Positions 40,335 through 51,505 of a DNA stretch of 64,000 nucleotides are shown in pieces; position 1 is the stretch's first letter; the number at the start of each line of letters is the position of its first letter. The position numbers were made by a program, and so were the translations under genes. The DNA is taken from positions 7,874,001 to 7,938,000 of the forward strand of contig NC_043001.1 of NCBI RefSeq assembly GCF_006345805.1. Reading direction: 5' to 3'. The notes under the pieces are model-generated. The model had not been told where the DNA came from and did not search any database. It worked only from the letters and a program-made list of their open reading frames with translations. Source of the stretch: Octopus sinensis. Taxonomy: Eukaryota.

Positions 40335-42440
40335 TTTCAACAATTTTGCCACTAGGGCAGTACACAGAGTAGCTACGGGCTGGACAAAGACATTAATGGA
40401 TGATGGTGGTGGTGGATGAAGATGGTGATGGGAGAAGTCAAAAAGCGCCCGCCGACTTCCGCTTCTCTAAGACATTGTTCTTTTTTTTTAATAAGTTCAA
40501 TTTTCTTTTTTCTTTAGTTTCAATAAATCGACATGAGGTTGCAAACCTCTTACACGAAGGAGGCACTAAAACCTCTTACAAAGTTCTTTTTTTCATTTCT
40601 TTTGCCACAAGGGCAGTATATGAATTCACAAAAATTCTCCCTGTCAGGTCCCCGAAGCAAATTGTCTTGCCGCCTGCAGACAACTCTGCGACGACAAGTC
40701 GAGGCCTGCAAAGAGAAAAGTAAAATGTTTCCTCTCAAAGGTCTCTGTGACCCTTGACAAAATGTTTTCCGTTACTACCTCCGCAACTACCCACGGAGGC
40801 TATAACGGACTCCTTGAGCTGACCGTGTCCTTGCGTTCTCGGTCACCCAAGCCATTCAAAAACTTTTCCACCTTCCCTCCCTTGTGGTAAAGGAGGAGAA
40901 ATAACTCCTCTTCACAGGAAGGGACCTCACACTGATCCGTCAGTGGCACACTTTCCACTGACGGAGCACTGTCCGCGGGTGGCACACGTCCCACCCGCGG
41001 CTCCGTCGGCGACACAGAAACGTCAGCCGTCCGACTTCTTTTTCTTTTTTTTTCCTCTTTTTTTTAGAGGCTGCTAGCCCGGGGGGCTCCTTCGGCAGAC
41101 ACGGGGGGTCGCTATCCTCCTCCTCCTCCGTCTGTACGTTCTTTGGTGATCAACCATTGTTGCTCACCTGTCTTTTTCTTTTCGTGGAGGCAACCTCCTC
41201 CACGACTTCCACCGTCTCCCCCTCCAATGAGGGGGCAGCGGGCACCTTTTCCTTTTCATGCTCCGGGGCAGCACCACGGCCACCGGGACACTTCCTCTTG
41301 ATATGTCCAGGCTCCAGGCACAGGTGACACTTGGGGGGGGGGCGTCCCTCAAGCATCACCGGATACCTGTACCCGGCCATCCTCAAAAAGTCCGGTAAAA
41401 CCAGACTTTTGGCTGACTGGGTCCATAGGGTCAAAACAGCTCTTGACCCCTCCCAATCAGCCGCAGGCTGTACTTTTACGTTCAGTAGCTTGGAACTGCT
41501 ACCATCCCAGCCCCGGCGGATAGAGTCCTCTATCCACTCGGGCTCAACGCCTGGTGGTAAGCCGCAGATCCAACCTCTCAACAATTTTTCTCCCTTGTAA
41601 TTTGGGAGAAACAATATTTGTTTGCCCTCAATGGGCTGGCTTGCAAATTCGCAAGCTGCTTTAGGGGAGTCAAATAGCAACCAAACCGTTGCGTATTTAA
41701 CTCCCCGTGCGATATATTTAACGGCTGACATGTAGTCTGCCAGCTCGTTAACAATAGTGGCTTTTGGAAAGACTGCTATGGTGTCGAGCGACTTCGAATA
41801 TGTCCTCAGCACCACGGTCTTTTCCTCGAGCTCATTCAAATATTTTTTGGGAGGTGTCAATTCCCACACAGTGAATTTCTTTGCCATAACGTAAGATTTA
41901 AAAACAGTCCAAAGTGTGATAAAATAAAATAAGACACAGAAAGGAGAATGAAAAATACAACAGAAGGGAAGAAAGAAAATTAGAAATAGCAGTTCAAAAA
42001 AAGTTATTTTTTAAAAAAAATAAATGGTAGACGGAGAAAGAGAGTTCAAATCTAGACAAAGGAATTAATTTTTTCTTTTTTTTTTCTTTTCACCTTTTTT
42101 CGGCCAAAAAATTGTATTCCAGGCCAAATGCACAGTTGGTAAAACACCTTGATAAAATAATCCTTGGTACTCCTTGGTAATTCCCGTGGATAACACAAAG
42201 ACAATTTCAAAAACAATTTTTGCAGACGGACTACGCCGCTTGAAAAATACAATTCTCACTGCAAAGTGAGTCTTTACACTCGACAACAGGCAGACAAATT
42301 ATATCTGGAGCAAAGTGGAGTTTATTATCTGCTAAAAAATATTAAATGCTAAAAAACATTAAATGCAAGTAATAGACTTCACTAAGCTCCCAAAAATACA
42401 AAACGCCTACCTGTAGTCGAGTCAAAAGTTCAACAATTAA
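40335..42440 (-). mobile_element. Decayed L1/Tx1-like element: ~550-bp 5' leader plus disrupted ORF1; ORF2 absent
   Basis: Reading through TGA at 41150 (possibly CGA>TGA) gives 'SPKNVQTEEEEDSDPPCLPKEPPGLAASKKKRK'. One extra A in the poly-A run joins it to the 40800-41015 ORF. No endonuclease or RT motif is seen before the SINE at 40330. Confidence 0.6.
41150..41887 (-). CDS. L1/Tx1-like LINE ORF1 (gag-like: probable RRM plus CCHC zinc knuckle), 245 aa, truncated by a premature stop
   Basis: Non-repetitive 245-aa ORF with 'GWICGLPPGV', then 'YPVMLEGRPPPKCHLCLEPGHIKRKCP' (C-X2-C-X4-H-X4-C) typical of L1/Tx1 ORF1. Coding-like sequence continues past the TGA. Confidence 0.7.
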   Translation of the reverse strand: MAKKFTVWELTPPKKYLNELEEKTVVLRTYSKSLDTIAVFPKATIVNELADYMSAVKYIARGVKYATVWLLFDSPKAACEFASQPIEGKQILFLPNYKGEKLLRGWICGLPPGVEPEWIEDSIRRGWDGSSSKLLNVKVQPAADWEGSRAVLTLWTQSAKSLVLPDFLRMAGYRYPVMLEGRPPPKCHLCLEPGHIKRKCPGGRGAAPEHEKEKVPAAPSLEGETVEVVEEVASTKRKRQVSNNG

Positions 42441-42495
42441 AAAATAAAACCTTCGAACAGAGATTGTCAGAAGCGACACCTACTGGTCTGGCTAC

Positions 42496-42537
42496 GCTAC
42501 ATTGAAAAGGGGCAATACCCCGAAACGCGTCTGTAGC
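42496..42537 (+). ncRNA. Type I hammerhead ribozyme with U3-A8 core covariation and palindromic stem III
   Basis: GCUACA (stem I) - UUGAAAA (core) - GGGG CAAUA CCCC (stem II) - GAAA - CGCG - UC^ - UGUAGC (stem I'). Predicted cleavage is after C42531. Confidence 0.85.
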
Positions 42538-42766
42538 TGCCGGTCAAGTAGTGTGGAGCGACTGACCTCCATTGTTCGAAGGTTATATGGATACAGTTTG
42601 TGTATCAAATAGCTAACTTAAGGCGATGGCCTCATGGAGTTAATAAGCGGACAGCTTTATTCTTATTTTTATAAGAATGCCATATTAGTATGGCGATAAC
42701 TATTATTTTCCGGGAACGCTGCCGTTGTTCTCTTTTAGAGAGACTTAGTAATTTTAATATTTCTAT

Positions 42767-42809
<43 letters not shown>

Positions 42810-42832
42810 GTATGTATAACATATATATATAA

Positions 42833-42868
<36 letters not shown>

Positions 42869-42954
42869 GTATGTATACCATATACGATATATATACATGT
42901 ATGTATACATATATACATACATATATTTGTATGCTATATAATATATATATATAT

Positions 42955-43720
42955 ACATTATGCATTGACATGAGCAATGATGCATCTTTCCAAGTGCATA
43001 TTACTAATCTGGTGATAAAATGCAGACAGCTAGCTGGATGGATTCTCCGAACTTTCAGAACAAGTGAGAAGGAAATACCGATGGTCCTGTGGAAAGCTTT
43101 CGTCCTCAGTCGCTTGGACTACTGCTCCCAACTATGGTCACCACACAATATAAAACTACCATCAGAACTTGAAGCAATTCAAAGAAGCTACACAAAGAAG
43201 ATCGTCTCAATGCAACAAATCAGCTTCTGGGAAAGACTGAAAGTATTAAAACTCTTCTCCCTAGACCCAAAGCGGGAGAGATATGCGGTGATATACATCT
43301 AGAAAATCCTGGAGGGTCTTGTCCCAAACTTTGGCATTCAAAGTTACCCCAACCGCAGAACGGGGCGCCACTGCATGGCGCCAAAGATTCTAATATCACC
43401 ATAAAAATACAGGACCAGATACTGCAACAGCTTGGGTTTCAGAGGACCACAGCTCTTTAACATCATCCCTAAATGCCTGAGAGACTTACATGGTGTGGAT
43501 GTGGGTTTCTTTAAAACTAAACTGGATCTCTTCTTGTCGGGGCCCCAGATTAACCTACCTCACGACAGGAGACACAGATGCGGGAAGCGGCATCGAAGTC
43601 ACTTGTTGACCAAGTGCCACGTATCAGAGGTGGATTCACATATTAGTGAAGCTCATTCAGTGGTGGTGCCCCAGCATGGCCGCAGCCTTCGGGCTGAAAC
43701 ATTTTTAAGGATTTAAGGAT
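42955..43720 (+). mobile_element. CR1-group LINE, 5'-truncated, RT C-terminus pseudogene with intact 3' end
   Basis: '[12 protein letters not shown]...[14 protein letters not shown]...ELEAIQRSYTKKI...WERLKVLKLFSL..KRERYAVIYI*KILEGLVPN...GFRGPQLFN'. The 3' end reads 'ccagcatggccgcagccttcgggctgaaacat' followed by a (TTTAAGGA)2 tail. Confidence 0.85.
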
Positions 43721-43728
43721 ATATATAT

Positions 43729-44068
43729 AAAGGGTAAGGGTAAAGACCCCCTTCGGTCATGAATGACCATGGGATTGCACCTAGAAAGTTACCCTCCTAG
43801 ACACAAGTCCGGACAAGGTTGTTTATGGAAGACCAGCAGTCGCCCATGCATACCAGCCTCCCCTCTCCACGCCACCAGTGTTATCCAAGGGAAAGACAAA
43901 GGTCGATACAGTTTGGCACCAGTGACGTCGCAACTCATTTCTACAGCTGAGTGAACTGGAGCAACGTGAAATAAAGTGCCTTGCTCAAGAACACAACACG
44001 CAGCCCGGTCCGGGATTCGAGCTCACAACCTCACGATCGTAAGCTCGACGCTCTAACCACTGAGCCAT
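43729..44068 (-). mobile_element. tRNA-derived SINE family C, full length
   Basis: tRNA-like head 'atggctcagtggttagagcgtcgagcttacgatcgtgaggttgtgagctcgaatcccgg'. Core 'ttgagcaaggcacttt...ctccagttcactcagctgtagaaatgag' resembles conserved central SINE domains. Tail (TTACCC)2. Confidence 0.85.
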
Positions 44069-44288
44069 ATATATATATAATATATATATATATATACATA
44101 TATATAAGATTAATCAGCCGAAATTGCTAAGATGATCTGGTTCTTGACTGATGACTGAGGGCTTCGAATGTCCCGTCCTGTGGTTCTTGTGTCGTCTCTG
44201 TGGTGTTTCATGTTCTTGTCCATGTCTGTAATTATTTTTACTGTTTACCTATATATATATATATATACATACATATATATATATATAT

Positions 44289-44368
<80 letters not shown>

Positions 44369-45049
44369 ATCAAGAATTGATGTTGCGTCGTTATTTCAAG
44401 CAAGGAAATATAATCTTCGTATACTATGGCAAACACCAGAAATAATCAATGATCCTCGGAATCGAGTGGGATGGGGGCGATAAGTAAAAGATGTTTCACC
44501 TATTGTATTTTTCTGACGGCATCTCATAGGTTAAATAACTGAAATTGAAGTGCAATGTCAGCCTAGAATGTTAGACATAACTGCACGCTTAACTGTACAC
44601 ACGCGGGCCGCGCGTGCACACACACACACACGTACAGGCATGCACATGCACACCAGCCCGCACACACATACACATATGCAGTATTGTTGGTCACAATAAT
44701 TGAAATATTACTTTATATTCATTCCTTTTCCATGGGGAATATAATAGATACATAACTGTTGTAAACTATTTATGTGTCCATAAGCATACCATATGCCTTG
44801 CAAATAATCATAGAACCGTTTGAATTTAATCTTGTTTGATGGTCAGCTAGATTTAAGTATGGCAAAATATTCAACTGATTTTATTTCAGGAGAGAAGTTT
44901 GGTATTGTATTGGAGAGAAGATATTGACTGCAGATTTCGTCACAAGAGAAAAAAAAAAAACGTCCAAATGTTTCATGTTTCAGAGACACAGCCTCTCAAA
45001 TCAAATTCACATTCCGTAACTAATGTAAAATAAGATCTGTTAAGTTGAA

Positions 45050-45700
45050 GTTTTGATGGAAGGTCACACTCTCAGAGAATGCTCAAACATGTTTAAAACC
45101 ATCGAACTATGGCAGAAAATGATGATAGGACAGTTAAACACTACCTTACTAAACATGAACCATTCAAAACTGTTCGTTGTGGGTTCCATGATGCAGCATA
45201 TAAGGAGAGAACTACCATTTCTAAACTATTCTTTCACCTATCAATTTTGTAAGGCGGAAAAATGGACTCCAACTTTTAATATTTACCAATGGCGTAACTT
45301 AACATTGTCATCTCCTCTGAGGAATTAATTTCATTATTTCTCCCTCTTTGGGGTGAGCTTATGTCTTAAAAAGTCAGACCTTGGCCCGTACCCCGAAGTA
45401 TACATTTGAGTCTGTAAAGATTTGAGCAGTCGTATTACAGAAGTTTCTTTGGCCTTCAATTGTTCTATTTCGCGGAGGATAACACCAGTTTTATCTGTGT
45501 TTTGTTTAATCATGTCCATGATATTTTATAAATCTTTTGGAATAGCTGCCTCACATTGCCTGCAATGTGAAGACCTTAGGACTTCAGTATAGCACTTTTC
45601 CGCGCGATGATCATTTCCTGCTAAGCACAGAGATTGATAAAGGATCACTGGAAATCTGTCTCTATAAATTATCGCCTTGGACAACGATGAAAGCAGACTG
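45050..45700 (-). mobile_element. Possible highly decayed Ty3/Gypsy pol (RT/RNase H) remnant
   Basis: Ordered weak motifs 'AAIP..*NIMDM' (SAPAIFQRIMD), 'DFLRHKLTPK' (EFLGH.IS) and 'NVKLR' (NVKELR). Confidence 0.3.
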
Positions 45701-46279
45701 TATATAGGATGGAGTATAGTTTGATGAATAAACGGTTTTGGTATACAATGTGTTTGAACTACTAATTACGGTTTGGAATACTCAACCTGACATGTGGTTA
45801 ACATTTTTCTTTTCTTCTGCAATTCATATACTATCTCTTCGCTATTACAGCGAAACCGTTTACCAAACCTTGTATAACATCATGCATGATGCAATTTTTC
45901 CAGGGCATCGCATCTGCAATTGACATCTTGTCTAATGACACCGCTGTGCCTAAGAGAACTTGTTAAATCCGTATGATTCTATGAGATTTCATTTGCTTTT
46001 TCATTCTTGTTGCCATTTTCCTAGGACAACTGTGTTCATGTTTTTCTTTCCTTTTGTCAAATTTAACTAAATCTTATATCCATGGGGAGTGGAGTCTAGA
46101 ATATGTCTTATGGTAATTATCTTTACATCATGCATTGCAGTAAAAATTCTTTTTACACCGACTTTTAGTCCATTAAGAAATATTTCTTATTTCTTCATTT
46201 TAACAAAATATTTTGTTTTGAAAGACAACATATCTAGAAAGAGCAAATGTTAAGGATTATTTGTGTTGTATAGCAGTTG

Positions 46280-46870
46280 CGGATGAAAGAGATCGGATGC
46301 TGATTTCAGATATATCACTTGCTAAAGCAAAAGCCCTAAGATATTTTCGAGTCTTTCGTCCTTCAATATAAGCTGTAATGCTGCCCATTTTCTTTGAAGA
46401 TGAATCACCTTATTCTGGTATTATCCTACATATCCTATCAGTTTATCCAATGCATATTTATGTTTCAAATATACCCGAGTTTCCTGCTCCATATATATTA
46501 TCTTTATCGTTTCATTTGCAGTTTGGACACATCATTATCTCAAACATTACATATTTCCGCTGTAAATAGGGGACCACACAAGTATTGTTAGCCAGTTCCA
46601 TAATATGATGTGGTAACAAGCTTTTTCATGTTGTAAGCCCGTCCAATTGTGATAATCTTGACACATATTTGCCGATCACATTAATTACACAATTACGATG
46701 AAAAAAACGCAGAACCGTGATTCACATGCTTACGAAGTTGCTAGCACCCATGTAATTCCTAATTTCAATGACATCTATTGAATGCCATGCCGAAAACCAG
46801 GCGTATATTTTCTCTGTAACTTCACGATTAATGATTGCTTTTATTGCCAAAAGGCAAAGCTGCAAACCAA
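46280..46870 (-). mobile_element. Possible ancient LINE (RTE-like) RT remnant
   Basis: Ordered weak motifs 'LVFGMAFNRC' (LDFEKAFDRV), 'TGLQHE' (TGLRQG) and 'RAF'. Confidence 0.3.
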
Positions 46871-48929
46871 GTTGTTACTGCTTACCCCTTTCTTTATCAT
46901 TCTGCTCCATCGATGATTTGGTGGCAGGTATACAATTTTGCAGCAGCTCTGACAGGTCATGAATGGCAAGTTACTTTCCTTATGCTAAATTCTTTCATCT
47001 TCCATATATCAATGTCATTGCTATCGCAAAAACTAGAAAGTAATTTTACACTCTATAAAAATGCTTAACAACTGTTTGTGAACTTCTCGTTTACACATTG
47101 CATAAATACGTAACTAAGACATCGGATCAAATATTCTTCTTCCTGCGCTAGAATTCAAATGCGAATGAAAATTGTTTATAGTAATACCTAGCTACTATAA
47201 GAATACGAAATGTTTATATAAATCCAGATATGGTGATACATCAAGCTAAATATCATTTCTGAGTCTTCACAATAGCTACATACACCTCGAGTGAGGCCTT
47301 TGTGCATCCTGTTGGTAATGGATCATTTCACTGTTAGAAACATTATCATAATTTCCGGCTGTAGCGTATTTAGCATGTTACTGCTTTATATTCGTGATAC
47401 TGCAACAGTCATTAACTTACAAAATTAATGGTTTTCATTGGAACTCAAGGAAATGATTAATACGCATGTGATAAAATGGTTGCCCTTGTCATGCTTGCCA
47501 ATTTTTATCGTTAGAAACGCATTTAATTCAGTAATTGCGAAGTCCAGTATGTTGGTTTGGATACCTATGAATGTTGAAGCAAAACAGTATTGATCACTAT
47601 TGATGAAATTTAAGTGGCGGTTATCTGCACTACACGCACTTAATCACTTTCTAGGCTGTGTGCCGAGAATGTGGATCGTGTATTTTTCTGCAAACTGGGT
47701 GTAGCGGGGAATATAAATTCACATGACTTCACGCATTCCTTTACATGATATTGTATTTATATCTTTCAGATATACATATAATAACATCATTTGTTTCCGA
47801 CAAAGTAGATATTGAATACCTTCAAAGGGAAGTTTAGCGAAACTGATATCAGAAATTATCATTCGTCGACGAGGTATAAATCTTTCCTTCAGTGAACATC
47901 TGGTTCTTCTCGATTCAGTTTTTAAACATTGTACATGAAATGGCATAATTCAGATGTGCATCGTCTACAGGGGGATTAATTTTCTATCTTTGGCTATTTA
48001 GAATTGGATTTGAAGAGCAGCTGATCTAATCAATTAATGACTAAATGATGTTAATGTGTGTGTATATATATATAAATATAGACTTACGTACACGCACACA
48101 CACACAAACACACACACACACTTATACGTTTATTTTTAATAAATACCCACGCATACAAATATATATAGTCGCTCAACGTCACTTACATACACTGATACAC
48201 ATCCACATGTATATCTGATGTGCTTCTAATTAAAGGGCCGAGAGTGTATCATGCTAACGATGATCCATTATACAACTTCCGGGTTTGGATCAGAGAACCT
48301 CATGTGCTTCTAACGTGCCTGCCATGTGCGATTAAGTGAATGACAATTTGCGTAGAAGACAGTTGCAGCCGGAGGAAACAGATGCTCCCATCTACTCCCC
48401 CATTACTCGTGATTTATTTAAAAACCTAGAAAAGACCTTTGTTAATTTACACATTTGTTCAATAGCAATATGCCGCCTTTTAAATTGGTTGAAGGCTGCT
48501 GATAGCACATTTCTCTGTGAAACTCCTTTTGCAAAAAAATATTGCTTTAATCAAGATATGCAATGATTTGGTGTCAGTTGTGATTATTTTCATTTTATGA
48601 CTTCAGGTGATGTTAAAACATTTATCTATTTAATTATCTTTTAGTAATCCAATATTAGTATGCAAAAGTTAAACTAGAAAATAAACTTGAACCATTATGA
48701 GCAGTTCATTAACCTCCGATGCAAACAATATTTTGTCGCTTTCCCATGGAACCGGTATTTTGCCATGTACGTTCACACAACAGCTCATCAACAAATTTCA
48801 GCATGAATTAAGATCTTATATTTTAGAAACACGAAGCTGTTAGAGAATTATTGCGATGTGTTGAGGAATATTTAAGTGCAGACAAATTATTAAAAGAGAA
48901 TTAAAGTGATATCCATGGAATATCAACAC

Positions 48930-49320
48930 CCAGGCAGTGGCGCTCATGGCTTCTGATCTTAACTGATTGGAAGTGTTATCATGTACATTTTTTTGTTTTG
49001 GTATAAAAGGCTACAACAAATATTCTGCTCAATACCACAGATTTGTTTGTCAGTTGTTTGACCTTAACCAGTTGGGTATGTCCCTCAGTGGCTGACGATA
49101 TGTGCATCTCTGATCATGAGCAGAAGTAGTGGGGGAGCATCATAGCCATGTGTTGGGAGGAAGTGCTTGGGGTTTGAATAATTCACATCTGGAAGCATGG
49201 ATGGTTCGTTCAACATCCTTAAACAACCCTTATTCAGGGATCTTTTGAGCAGGATGGGTTACTCGACCAGAAGAAATTTCTAACTGGACGCCACTGCAAG
49301 TTCATGTGCTGTGTACCCTT
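48930..49320 (+). repeat. Interspersed repeat family, second copy inverted at 58330-58640
   Basis: 'gattggaagtgttatcatgtac...aaatattctgctcaata...tcagttgtttgaccttaa...gaagtagtgggggagca' matches the reverse complement of 58330-58640. Confidence 0.8.
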
Positions 49321-49404
49321 ATCAGACGGGTAGTCATGATGGGTATACTGGGCTTCGTATATTTTGCACCAGTGTCACTTTGATGACATGCGCTGCTCTC
49401 TTAC

Positions 49405-49510
49405 TCAATAATAATAATACTAATGATGATAATACTAATACTACTACTACTACTACTACTTCTACTACTACTACTACTACTACTAATAATAATAATAATA
49501 ATAATAATAA
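49405..49510. repeat. Compound (TAA)n/(TAC)n microsatellite
   Basis: Direct reading. Confidence 0.95.
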
Positions 49511-50218
49511 TACCAAAAACATGTAATGAAAAGAAATATAACAAGTAACTGCAGAATATGTGGAAATGGACAAGAAACAATAAATCATATCATCTCTGCC
49601 TGCCCAGTCCTGGCTAAGGAGGAATATATTCACAGACACGACAGAGTTGGGACTTATATACAATGGAAACTATGCCAACATTATGGAATAACAACAGAAA
49701 AAAGATGGTACAGGCACACACCAGAAAAGGTCACAGAAAACGAGAAAGCAACCATACTCTGGGATATGCCAATACACACAGATAGAGAAATTAAGGCCAA
49801 CAGACCAGATATAGTTGTCAGAGATCATGAAGAAAGAAAATGCTTTCTAATTGATGTATCAATACCGGCAGATGACAACGTGTCTCTAAAAGAAATGGAG
49901 AAACTCTCAAAATACAAAGACCTGGAAATAGAGATAACTAGAATGTGGAACCTGAAAACAGAAACAATTCCTATCATAGTAGGTGCATTAGGCATGATAA
50001 AAAATATTCAGACAAATACATAACAAAAACACCAGGACTTACAAACACATATAACATACAGAAAATTGCACTACTAGGCACTGCACACATCCTACGCAGA
50101 ACACTTTCCATACAATAACCATCAGAGCATCACAACAAATCACAGCACATACCCAAGGCACACAGAGCTGTGCCCGGTAGTGAAGTGAAAGCACGATATG
50201 AAAAATATACTACTGAAC
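49510..50218 (+). mobile_element. R4/Dong-clade LINE, 5'-truncated: CCHC knuckle plus restriction-like endonuclease
   Basis: 'YQKHVMKRNITSNCRICGNGQETINHIISAC...HRHDRV...NRPDIVVRD...IDVSIP...EKLSKYKDL...PIIVGALGMIK'. A missing A at ~50000 shifts the frame to 'YSDKYITKTPGLTNTYNIQKIALLGTAHILRRTLSIQ*'. (TAA)n lies on both sides. Confidence 0.9.
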
Positions 50219-50239
50219 AATAATAATAATAATAATAAT

Positions 50240-50410
50240 AACATCGAAAAATACCTGAACATTGAGAACCCAGGTTTAAAATTTCCCAAGACACCTGATG
50301 AAGGCTGGAGGGTATCTCAGCCGAAACGTTCTGTTAACAACAAACAAGATGAGGACAAATACCCTTCAAATGTAAATAATGTACATGATTCCTCATCTCT
50401 TAAATATAGA
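50240..50410 (+). mobile_element. Penelope-like terminal repeat containing a hammerhead
   Basis: Contains the HHR at 50290-50335 and a downstream AGAUGAGG/CCUCAUCU stem. Confidence 0.65.
50290..50335 (+). ncRNA. Minimal type I hammerhead ribozyme (one stem I mismatch)
   Basis: GACAC - CUGAUGA-A - GGCUG...CAGCC - GAAA-C-GUU^ - CUGUU. Stem III is the palindrome AACGUU; the first stem I pair is C.C. Confidence 0.7.
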
Positions 50411-51204
50411 ACAAGAATGCAATTCCTGTTTGAATATGATTTAATTTTGATTCATATTCTAGTAGCATTCAGCAGCTTCACATCTGAATACGTAACAATT
50501 TTATATTACCTAAAATGATATTATTATTTCAAATATGTTCTAAAACAATTCAGCTTAGCAATTTAGATATTTGAATTGTAATATATTTATTTTATTTATT
50601 TATTTATTTACAAAAACACGAATTACGAGAATATTTACAAATACAAGAATTACGAGAATATTGAATATACAAATAAATATATTGTGAAATTACTTACTAT
50701 CTAACACAGCTCTGTTTCATACATACATACATGCACAACCTCCCACCTCGCCTCTTCCTTTTCTTTCTCGTTACAGTTTAAATCAGCGACAGATATGGGA
50801 ATGTGCTGATGACTGTATTTTTGCCATTTTTCCAAATTTCAAATACCATCTAATTATGTGTCTATATTTCAGCGGTCGGCTTTAGTGTCAACATCAAAGT
50901 GAGAAAAAGTTGCTGCTTATCAAGCAAATCCTAACTGAAGCAAAATCTACCACGTGAAACCAACATCATCGAAAGAGTGAGAACAACGAAAGAAAGTCAA
51001 TTTATTTATCTGTCCAGTTTAAAAAGAAACATACATTTTCAGGTGGCTTAAGCCACATTACGAACAAGGTTACCTGCAAAAGGCTGAAATGGCAATCGAG
51101 GGAGTTTCAACGGGAAACCGTAAAATATATCAAACACTGATGTTACTCCGCCTAATGAAGGGATAAAATGCATGAGAATTATAACGCAGTCAAAATATAA
51201 AGCA

Positions 51205-51505
51205 TGCAGGGATGGTTGTTTGTTTCTTCTCGAGCCATGCCTGGCGCATAAGGGCCGGTTTCCCGGTTTCCTTGGCGCATAGGTTCCCCACCTAGACGGG
51301 ATGCCGGTCCGTAGCAGGTGAGCTGCAAGATGCAGGAGGAAAGAGTGAGAAAAAGTTGTGGCGAAAGAGTCAGCAGAAGTTCGCCATTACTTTCTTTCGG
51401 AGCCGCGTGGAGCTTAGGTGTTTCGCTCATAAACACACACATCGCCCGATCTGAGATTCGAACCCGCGAATCCGCTGCTCTAACCACTAGGCTATGTGCC
51501 TCCTC
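51205..51505 (-). mobile_element. tRNA-derived SINE family D
   Basis: Head 'gaggaggcacatagcctagtggttagagcagcggattcgcgggttcgaatctc'; tail 'ggaaaccggcccttatgcgccaggcatggctcgagaagaaacaaacaa'. Confidence 0.85.

Noticed and set aside
43990-44068. tRNA gene call (also the heads at 51505, 20884 and 63969)
   Set aside because: The tRNA-like heads continue into SINE bodies and lack a complete acceptor stem.
44100-44250. CUGAUGA and GAAA in a Penelope-like segment
   Set aside because: The motifs cannot be arranged into a valid three-stem hammerhead.
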